DNA from: Escherichia coli
GTDB taxonomy: Bacteria > Pseudomonadota > Gammaproteobacteria > Enterobacterales > Enterobacteriaceae
Assembly (NCBI RefSeq): GCF_036507355.1
Contig: NZ_AP027877.1
Reading direction: 5' to 3' (one strand)
Length of the DNA stretch: 64,000 nucleotides
Positions 1-7,847 of this stretch are shown in pieces. The notes under the pieces are model-generated. The model saw nothing but the letters and a program-made list of their open reading frames with translations. It was not told the origin of the DNA and ran no database searches. A program made the position numbers and the translations under genes. Position 1 is the stretch's first letter. Each line of letters starts with the position of its first letter.

Positions 1-561
1 TACCAGCGTGATATCAGCCGCAAGGGCTATCAGGGGGTTAAAGTTGCGGGCGCTAAGTTGATAGGTCAGGTTGCCAAGTGTGTTGCAACGATGAGCGCGA
101 ATTAGCGCCAGGTCGGCGCGCAGCGGGCGTTCGAGCAGCCAGGTTTTACCGTCGAGTGTTAGTGTCTGTTTGCCTTCCTCTACGACGGTGCCGACACCCG
201 TTGGGGTGAGAAAACCTCCAAGTCCAGCTCCACCACAGCGAATTTGCTCGATTAGAGTACCTTGCGGCACCAGAACGACGTCCATCTCACCAGATATCAT
301 GCGCCGACCTGTTTCCGGGTTGGTGCCGATATGTGAAGCAATCACTTTGCGGACTCGACCATTGACGATGAGCGGACCGATGCCGGTATCAACAAACGCG
401 GTATCATTGGCTATCAATGTCAGGTCGCGAACACCAGATTCCAGTAATGCTTCAACCAGGCGGGATGGAGTGCCAATCCCCATAAATCCGCCCACCATGA
501 TGGTCATGCCGTCACGAAAGAAGCCGGTGGCGTCTTGTAATGTCATCAATTTTGTTTTCAT
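1..561 (-). CDS. atoD: acetate CoA-transferase alpha subunit AtoD, 3' end cut by window edge (first 187 codons present)
   Basis: Minus-strand ATG at 559-561 translates MKTKLMT...; lies just downstream of a sigma54 -24/-12 element; the plus-strand ORF 170..628 in the track is its antisense shadow. Confidence 0.8.
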   Translation of the reverse strand, partial: MKTKLMTLQDATGFFRDGMTIMVGGFMGIGTPSRLVEALLESGVRDLTLIANDTAFVDTGIGPLIVNGRVRKVIASHIGTNPETGRRMISGEMDVVLVPQGTLIEQIRCGGAGLGGFLTPTGVGTVVEEGKQTLTLDGKTWLLERPLRADLALIRAHRCNTLGNLTYQLSARNFNPLIALAADITLV

Positions 562-606
562 TTTTTATCCCTCTTGCATACACCGTTGTGGGTACAGTCA
601 GGGAAT

Positions 607-623
607 AGCAAGGGGAGTGCCAG
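607..623 (-). promoter_or_regulatory. sigma54 (RpoN) promoter of atoDAEB; minus strand reads CTGGCAC-N5-TTGCT
   Basis: Canonical TGGCAC-N5-TTGC spacing read directly; positioned between atoC stop (757) and atoD start (561). Confidence 0.8.
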
Positions 624-704
624 AATGAGATTATTGGGTGTTTTTATTTAAATAATTGAATGGAAAAGGATAAATTAGAAGGGGATTCATAAGGAGAATA
701 AGCG

Positions 705-745
705 GCTATGCAGAAAATTGCGCACTGTGCAAATTTCTGCATAGC
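705..745. promoter_or_regulatory. AtoC upstream activating site: 41-bp palindrome GCTATGCAGAAAATTGCGCAC/TGTGCAAATTTCTGCATAGC
   Basis: Two ~20-bp arms in inverted orientation about 90 bp upstream of the sigma54 element, the usual enhancer position for a bacterial enhancer-binding protein. Confidence 0.75.
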
Positions 746-756
746 AAGTTTTGGCG

Positions 757-2142
757 TTATACATCCGCCGGATCGATACCGTATTCCTGGAGTTTATACA
801 TCAATGCACGGCGACTGATGCCCAGCATTAAAGCAGTGCGGGTTCGGTTTCCTTCTTGTTGTTCCAGCACTTCCATAATGATGCGTTTTTCGACGCGTTT
901 AATTTCCTCTTTTAAATTACGCTCTCCGACAGGGGCTGTTTTTACCTCGCCAGCATTACAGACTGGCTGACGAATCTGCGGCGGAAGATCCTCAGAAAAA
1001 ATGATCGGGCCTGAATTCATCACGACGGCGCGTTCAATAACGTTGGAAAGCTCTCGAATATTTCCCGGCCATGACCAGGCGGTAAGCAGTGACATTGCCA
1101 TCGGATCGATGTCGATAATATCGCGCTGATTCTCACTACTGAATTTTTGCAAAAAGTGATTAGCTAACAGGGAAATATCTTCCCGGCGATCGCGCAGAGG
1201 CGGCAGTATTAAATGAATAACGTTAAGGCGATAAAAGAGATCTTCACGGAAGGTGCCTTCTTTTACCATTGCCTGCAAGTCGCGGTTGGTGGCAGCAATG
1301 ATGCGGATATCAACTTTTATGGTCTGATGGCCGCCAATCCGTTCAAATTCCCGTTCCTGCAGAATGCGTAGTAATTTGGCTTGCAGTACGAGCGGCATTT
1401 CGCCAATTTCGTCGAGGAGCAGAGTACCTTCGTTGGCACGTTCAAATAATCCCTGACGCAAGGTTTGTGCACCAGTAAATGCACCTTTTTCATGACCAAA
1501 CAGTTCACTTTCGAGCAACGATTCCGGCAGCGCCGCGCAGTTGACTTTAATGAACGGCCCCTTTGCCCGCCGCGAATTGTAGTGAATCGCTCTGGCAATC
1601 AACTCTTTCCCGGTGCCGCTTTCACCGCTAATCAAGACGCTGGCCTGAGAAAGGGCAATTTTGGCGGTGTCTTTGCAGATATCCATCATCGCCGGGCTGT
1701 TGGTGAGAATGTGCCCCCATTGCCAGCTGGTGCTCAGTGCCTGGTGCAGATGACGGATCTCTTTTTTCATTGACTGGAGTTGTAAAGCGCGCTGAACGAT
1801 TAAATTCAACTCATCGAGATCAAACGGTTTAATAACATAGTCGAAGGCCCCGCAGCGTAGCGCTTCGACGGCGGTTTCCACTTCAGCATAGGCCGTCATC
1901 AGAATAACGGGTGTCCGGGTCTCATGGCTGCGCATCTCCTTTAGTGCCTTGATGCCGTCCATCTCTGGCATGCGGATATCCATCAACACCACGTCAGGGT
2001 GAATATCAGCAAACAGGTGTAATGCTGTGCGTCCGTTGTTCGCACAATGTGTTTCGAATCCTTGTAGTGCAAAAGCGGTGCTCAGCATACGGCGAACATT
2101 ATCTTCATCATCCACAATAAGGATGCGATTAATAGCAGTCAT
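757..2142 (-). CDS. atoC: sigma54-dependent response regulator AtoC (461 aa)
   Basis: ORF track; N-terminal receiver domain, central AAA+ sigma54-activator motif GESGTGKE, C-terminal HTH; start overlaps atoS stop (ATGA). Confidence 0.93.
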   Translation of the reverse strand: MTAINRILIVDDEDNVRRMLSTAFALQGFETHCANNGRTALHLFADIHPDVVLMDIRMPEMDGIKALKEMRSHETRTPVILMTAYAEVETAVEALRCGAFDYVIKPFDLDELNLIVQRALQLQSMKKEIRHLHQALSTSWQWGHILTNSPAMMDICKDTAKIALSQASVLISGESGTGKELIARAIHYNSRRAKGPFIKVNCAALPESLLESELFGHEKGAFTGAQTLRQGLFERANEGTLLLDEIGEMPLVLQAKLLRILQEREFERIGGHQTIKVDIRIIAATNRDLQAMVKEGTFREDLFYRLNVIHLILPPLRDRREDISLLANHFLQKFSSENQRDIIDIDPMAMSLLTAWSWPGNIRELSNVIERAVVMNSGPIIFSEDLPPQIRQPVCNAGEVKTAPVGERNLKEEIKRVEKRIIMEVLEQQEGNRTRTALMLGISRRALMYKLQEYGIDPADV

Positions 2143-3965
2143 ACAGTCTGATTTCCCTGCGGGTTGATCGGTAAAATAAGCGTGAAGGTTGCGCCGTAGC
2201 CCGGCAAACTGGCGACGCGAATATCACCCTGATGGGCATTAATGATGCGTTGACTTAACGCCAGACCAAGCCCGGTTCCTGAGGCTTTGGTGGTGAAAAA
2301 GGGATCGAAGATCTTTTTTTGCAGCGAGAGATCAATGCCACAGCCGTTGTCCTCTATCGAAATGGCCTGTTGTGAGTCGCTGTACTGCCAGGTTCGAATG
2401 CGAATTTTCCCTCGTGCGCTGATAGCCTGGACGGCATTGATCAGGATATTCAGTAGTACCTGTTTGAGCAGTTCACGATCGGCGTTAATCGGGCTTAATT
2501 CATTATCCAGTTCGCTTATGAAGTCGATCCGCGCTTGTACGCCGGCGGTTTGTACCAGTACCAGAGTTTCTTCAACCAATGCATTGAGGCTGACTTGTTG
2601 CCATTGACTGTGGCGTGGACGTGAAAATTCGAGCAATTGCTGAATAACTTTGTTAATTGAATCGATTTCTTTGAGTACTACGGACAGATATTCCTGATGT
2701 ATTAGGTCGCTGGTTTGTTGGCGCAAGATCTGTACATAACCACGAATAGCCGTTAGCGGATTACGTACTTCATGCGCGACGCCAGCCATCAGCTCACCCA
2801 GTGTGGCGAGGCGTTCTGCTTGCGCCATGCGGCGCTGGGTTTCTTTGCGGGCAGTTAAATCAGAGAAAATCACCAAAGCACCTATCATTTCACCGTGCGT
2901 GTTATGAATACGACTGGTAGTGACACTGAGTTCAATGGTGCGGTCACGGCCTGGAAAACTGATCTCCAGCGCCACATGTTCGGTGCCATGTTCCAGCGTA
3001 TCCAGTACTGGACTGTAGAACTGAGTATTGTCGAACAACATGGAGTAAGGCTGCCCTACCAGTTCATGACGTTGATAGCCAGTGATAACTTCTGCTGCCG
3101 GGTTCATGGTGGTTACATCACCCTGGCGGTCAATGGCAATGACGCCATCGGCAGCGTTTTCAATAATCAGATCGTTAAGTGTCCGCGTTTCACGCAGTGC
3201 CTAGGCGAGGTTGTTAACACTCTGACTGATTTGCCCCATTTCACCGGGCAATTGTGGTAATCGAGTGGGAATATTTTGTGCCAGAGTCGAGAGGCCATCG
3301 GTGATGATATCAATATTGGCGCTCAGGCGACGGGAGAAAAGGACAATCAACAGCAGGCTTATCAGCAAACCGGCGGAGAGCACAATGATAATCCTCACAT
3401 CCATTTTCCAGGCCTGGCGGCGAATATCTTCGGTTAATTCATTGGCCCAGATATAGCCGAGGATTTCACCATTACGCTCAATGGGGATCATTGAATTCAA
3501 AATATCGCCGCGCACCTGCCTGCCTGAATACACCAAAGGGGTATTTGCACGCATGACTTCGCGACCAGGGTGATCTGCGGCAATGGTAACGCCGACATTA
3601 TTCTGATATAGCGCTGAAGGCGCGTAGGTGATTATCGCATCCAGCGTTTTGTTGTAATAACCAGCGCCGATGCCAGGGAAGGCGTGAGTGATATTCTCGG
3701 TAATGGGGGCAAGTTCTGCATTTAATGCGCGGATACGCTCCTCACGCGGTAAGTCGATGTAGAGATCGTAGCGATCGCCTAGCGCCTGATTAAGCAGGTT
3801 GACCACGGCAGAAAGTTTTTTCTCTTTTTCAGATAAGACTGCTGAACGTCCTTCTGTTTCTACGATATAACCAATAGTAAGCGTTGGGACAATGACCATC
3901 AGGATTGCCATCAGAATCATTTGATTGCGTAAGCGGCGTGGATAAATCCACTTCATATAATGCAT
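2139..3965 (-). pseudogene. atoS: sensor histidine kinase AtoS interrupted by one in-frame TAG at codon 255 (plus coordinates 3201-3203)
   Basis: Track ORFs 3201..3977 and 2139..3107 are in the same frame and together span exactly 609 codons; translation across the junction reads ...VNNLA*ALRETRTL...; ATG for MHYMKW at 3963-3965. Confidence 0.85.
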
Positions 3966-4131
3966 GCTGAAATCCACTAGTCTTGTCCGGTATATGACGA
4001 TTATCAGAGGTTAAGGTGATGATTTCTCGGCGGTGTATCATATTCCAGAGAAGAGAGAACATTGCGGTAACACGCTTTTACCGCTACCTTAACCACACTC
4101 CATCGGTCACCTGAGGCGGAGCTTCGCCCCT

Positions 4132-6981
4132 TTGAAATACCTTGCTTCTTTTCGTACAACCCTGAAAGCCTCGCGCTACATGTTCAGAGCATTGGCGTTA
4201 GTGCTCTGGCTGTTGATTGCTTTTTCATCCGTTTTTTACATCGTTAATGCGTTACATCAGCGAGAATCGGAAATTCGTCAGGAATTTAATCTGAGTTCCG
4301 ATCAGGCTCAGCGCTTTATTCAACGCACCTCTGATGTGATGAAAGAGCTGAAGTACATCGCCGAAAATCGCTTATCGGCAGAAAACGGTGTGCTTTCCCC
4401 GCGTGGACGAGAAACGCAGGCGGATGTGCCTGCGTTTGAACCGCTGTTTGCCGACTCTGATTGTTCCGCAATGAGTAACACCTGGCGAGGTTCTCTGGAG
4501 TCATTGGCGTGGTTTATGCGCTACTGGCGCGATAATTTTTCTGCGGCTTACGATCTCAACCGGGTATTTTTAATCGGCAGCGATAACCTCTGCATGGCCA
4601 ATTTCGGTCTGCGTGATATGCCAGTGGAACGCGATACCGCGTTGAAAGCGTTGCATGAACGCATCAATAAATATCGAAATGCACCACAAGATGATAGCGG
4701 CAGTAACCTCTACTGGATCAGCGAAGGTCCGCGCCCTGGCGTCGGGTATTTTTACGCGTTGACGCCAGTTTATCTGGCGAACCGGTTGCAGGCGCTTTTG
4801 GGTGTCGAGCAGACCATCCGGATGGAGAATTTTTTCTTACCTGGTACGTTGCCGATGGGGGTTACCATTCTTGATGAAAATGGTCATACCCTGATTTCGC
4901 TTACCGGACCAGAAAGTAAAATTAAGGGCGATCCTCGCTGGATGCAGGAACGCTCCTGGTTTGGCTATACGGAAGGGTTCCGGGAGCTGGTGCTGAAGAA
5001 AAATCTGCCACCCTCATCGCTAAGCATCGTGTATTCGGTGCCGGTTGATAAGGTGCTGGAACGCATTCGCATGTTGATCCTTAACGCAATTTTGCTGAAT
5101 GTGCTTGCCGGAGCTGCATTGTTTACTCTCGCGCGGATGTACGAGCGACGTATTTTCATTCCGGCGGAAAGCGACGCCCTGCGACTGGAAGAACATGAGC
5201 AGTTCAATCGCAAGATTGTCGCCTCCGCGCCAGTGGGTATCTGCATTTTGCGTACCGCTGATGGCGTCAATATTTTAAGTAACGAACTGGCGCATACCTA
5301 TCTCAATATGCTTACGCATGAGGACCGCCAACGACTGACACAAATTATCTGTGGGCAGCAGGTCAATTTTGTTGATGTCCTGACCAGCAACAATACCAAT
5401 CTGCAAATCAGCTTCGTCCATTCGCGCTATCGTAATGAAAACGTGGCCATTTGTGTGCTGGTGGATGTTTCTTCGCGCGTGAAGATGGAAGAGTCGTTGC
5501 AGGAGATGGCACAAGCAGCGGAACAGGCGAGCCAGTCAAAATCGATGTTCCTTGCCACCGTCAGTCATGAGCTGCGAACGCCGCTGTATGGCATTATCGG
5601 TAACCTGGATCTTTTGCAAACCAAAGAGTTACCGAAAGGCGTCGATCGTCTGGTGACGGCAATGAACAACTCTTCCAGCCTGTTGTTGAAAATTATCAGC
5701 GATATTCTCGATTTCTCGAAGATTGAATCGGAACAGTTGAAGATCGAACCGCGTGAGTTTTCACCGCGTGAAGTGATGAACCACATCACCGCCAACTATT
5801 TACCGCTGGTGGTACGCAAGCAGTTAGGCTTGTACTGCTTTATTGAACCGGATGTGCCAGTGGCCTTAAATGGCGACCCGATGCGTTTACAGCAGGTCAT
5901 CTCCAACCTGTTGAGTAACGCCATAAAATTCACCGATACCGGCTGTATAGTTTTGCATGTCCGCGCTGATGGCGATTATCTCTCTATCCGTGTTCGCGAT
6001 ACCGGCGTGGGGATTCCGGCGAAAGAAGTGGTGCGCTTGTTTGATCCCTTCTTCCAGGTCGGAACGGGCGTACAGCGAAACTTCCAGGGGACCGGTCTGG
6101 GTCTGGCGATTTGTGAAAAACTGATCAGCATGATGGACGGCGATATCTCGGTAGATTCAGAACCGGGAATGGGCAGCCAGTTTACCGTGCGTATTCCGTT
6201 GTACGGCGCTCAGTACCCGCAGAAAAAAGGCGTGGAAGGGTTGAGTGGTAAACGCTGCTGGCTGGCGGTCCGCAATGCGTCGCTCTGTCAGTTCCTGGAA
6301 AACAGTTTGCAGCGCAGCGGCATCGTCGTAACAACATACGAAGGGCAGGAACCGACTCCCGAAGATGTGTTAATCACTGACGAGGTAGTGAGTAAAAAAT
6401 GGCAGGGCAGAGCGGTAGTGACCTTCTGTCGTCGACATATTGGTATTCCGCTGGAGAAAGCGCCAGGGGAGTGGGTACACAGTGTGGCTGCCCCGCATGA
6501 GCTACCGGCATTGTTGGCGCGTATTTATTTGATCGAGATGGAGAGCGACGATCCTGCTAACGCTCTGCCGTCGACGGACAAAGCGGTCAGCGATAATGAC
6601 GATATGATGATTCTGGTCGTGGATGATCATCCGATTAACCGACGTCTGCTGGCAGATCAGTTGGGATCGTTGGGCTATCAATGTAAAACCGCGAATGATG
6701 GCGTCGATGCGCTTAATGTACTTAGCAAGAATCATATTGATATCGTGCTTAGCGACGTCAACATGCCAAATATGGATGGTTACCGCTTGACGCAACGCAT
6801 TCGTCAGTTGGGACTGACGTTGCCGGTAATCGGAGTAACTGCTAATGCGTTGGCTGAAGAGAAGCAGCGGTGTCTGGAGTCCGGTATGGACAGCTGCCTC
6901 TCGAAGCCGGTAACGCTGGATGTGATAAAACAGACGCTGACGGTATATGCCGAGAGGGTCAGGAAATCGCGGGAATCGTAG
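4132..6981 (+). CDS. rcsC: hybrid sensor histidine kinase RcsC (949 aa)
   Basis: ORF track; HisKA H-box (SHELRTPL), HATPase and C-terminal receiver domain; convergent with rcsB. Confidence 0.93.
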   Translation: MKYLASFRTTLKASRYMFRALALVLWLLIAFSSVFYIVNALHQRESEIRQEFNLSSDQAQRFIQRTSDVMKELKYIAENRLSAENGVLSPRGRETQADVPAFEPLFADSDCSAMSNTWRGSLESLAWFMRYWRDNFSAAYDLNRVFLIGSDNLCMANFGLRDMPVERDTALKALHERINKYRNAPQDDSGSNLYWISEGPRPGVGYFYALTPVYLANRLQALLGVEQTIRMENFFLPGTLPMGVTILDENGHTLISLTGPESKIKGDPRWMQERSWFGYTEGFRELVLKKNLPPSSLSIVYSVPVDKVLERIRMLILNAILLNVLAGAALFTLARMYERRIFIPAESDALRLEEHEQFNRKIVASAPVGICILRTADGVNILSNELAHTYLNMLTHEDRQRLTQIICGQQVNFVDVLTSNNTNLQISFVHSRYRNENVAICVLVDVSSRVKMEESLQEMAQAAEQASQSKSMFLATVSHELRTPLYGIIGNLDLLQTKELPKGVDRLVTAMNNSSSLLLKIISDILDFSKIESEQLKIEPREFSPREVMNHITANYLPLVVRKQLGLYCFIEPDVPVALNGDPMRLQQVISNLLSNAIKFTDTGCIVLHVRADGDYLSIRVRDTGVGIPAKEVVRLFDPFFQVGTGVQRNFQGTGLGLAICEKLISMMDGDISVDSEPGMGSQFTVRIPLYGAQYPQKKGVEGLSGKRCWLAVRNASLCQFLENSLQRSGIVVTTYEGQEPTPEDVLITDEVVSKKWQGRAVVTFCRRHIGIPLEKAPGEWVHSVAAPHELPALLARIYLIEMESDDPANALPSTDKAVSDNDDMMILVVDDHPINRRLLADQLGSLGYQCKTANDGVDALNVLSKNHIDIVLSDVNMPNMDGYRLTQRIRQLGLTLPVIGVTANALAEEKQRCLESGMDSCLSKPVTLDVIKQTLTVYAERVRKSRES

Positions 6982-7174
6982 GACGGATAAGGTGTTTATG
7001 CCGCATCTGGCATTCAGTGCAAATGCCAGATGCGACGCTGACGCGTCTTATCTGGCCTACTTTAATGTAATCTGTTGAAATAATGGGAATCGTAGGACGG
7101 ATAAGGCGTTTACGCCGCATCCGGCAATCGGTGCAAATGCCAGATAAGACACAAACGCGTCTTATCTGGCCTAC
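6971..7174. repeat. REP/BIME cluster: two ~90-bp units in tandem (6971-7060 and 7085-7174), each carrying REP palindromes (GCCGGATGCGGCGTAAACGCCTTATCCGGCCTAC-like)
   Basis: Direct reading; units about 88 percent identical; first unit overlaps the last codons and TAG stop of rcsC. Confidence 0.8.
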
Positions 7175-7180
7175 AGATGA

Positions 7181-7831
7181 TTAGTCTTTATCTGCCGGAC
7201 TTAAGGTCACAGAAGAGAGATAATTCAGCAGGGCGATATCGTTCTCGACACCCAGCTTCATCATCGCAGATTTCTTCTGGCTACTGATGGTTTTAATACT
7301 GCGGTTCAGCTTTTTAGCGATCTCGGTCACCAGGAAGCCTTCCGCAAACAGGCGCAGAACTTCACTCTCTTTTGGCGAGAGACGCTTGTCACCGTAACCA
7401 CCAGCACTGATTTTTTCCAACAGGCGAGAAACGCTTTCTGGGGTAAATTTCTTCCCTTTCTGCAGCGCGGCGAGAGCTTTCGGCAGATCGGTCGGTGCAC
7501 CTTGTTTCAGCACGATCCCTTCGATATCCAGATCCAATACCGCACTAAGAATCGCCGGGTTGTTGTTCATGGTCAGAACAATAATCGACAGGCTTGGGAA
7601 ATGGCGCTTGATGTACTTAATTAAGGTAATGCCATCGCCGTACTTATCGCCAGGCATGGAGAGATCGGTAATCAACACATGCGCATCCAGTTTCGGCAGG
7701 TTGTTGATCAGTGCTGTAGAGTCTTCAAATTCGCCGACAACATTCACCCACTCAATTTGCTCAAGTGATTTGCGAATACCGAACAAGACTATCGGATGGT
7801 CATCGGCAATAATTACGTTCATATTGTTCAT
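7181..7831 (-). CDS. rcsB: response regulator RcsB (216 aa)
   Basis: ATG at 7829-7831 gives MNNMNVIIADDHP...; receiver plus LuxR-type HTH; the track's 231-aa ORF is an upstream extension. Confidence 0.93.
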   Translation of the reverse strand: MNNMNVIIADDHPIVLFGIRKSLEQIEWVNVVGEFEDSTALINNLPKLDAHVLITDLSMPGDKYGDGITLIKYIKRHFPSLSIIVLTMNNNPAILSAVLDLDIEGIVLKQGAPTDLPKALAALQKGKKFTPESVSRLLEKISAGGYGDKRLSPKESEVLRLFAEGFLVTEIAKKLNRSIKTISSQKKSAMMKLGVENDIALLNYLSSVTLSPADKD

Positions 7832-7847
7832 GTAATAGGCTACCTTG

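Noticed and set aside
170-628. 152-aa plus-strand ORF at the start of the window
   Set aside because: It is the antisense shadow of atoD, whose minus-strand ATG (559-561) and sigma54 promoter are clear; translation is Pro/Arg/Ser-rich with no recognisable domain
3107-3201. Possibility that the TAG in atoS is an engineered marker because it creates a CCTAGG (AvrII) site
   Set aside because: A single C-to-T transition in a CAG codon is enough to create both the stop and the site; no vector, scar or cassette sequence is nearby, so a spontaneous nonsense mutation is the simpler reading. Sequencing or assembly error cannot be excluded from the sequence alone
6971-7174. CRISPR array at the tandem repeats after rcsC and the other REP clusters
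   Set aside because: Only two repeat units, units are 90 bp and imperfect, the content is REP-type palindromes, and there are no cas genes in the window
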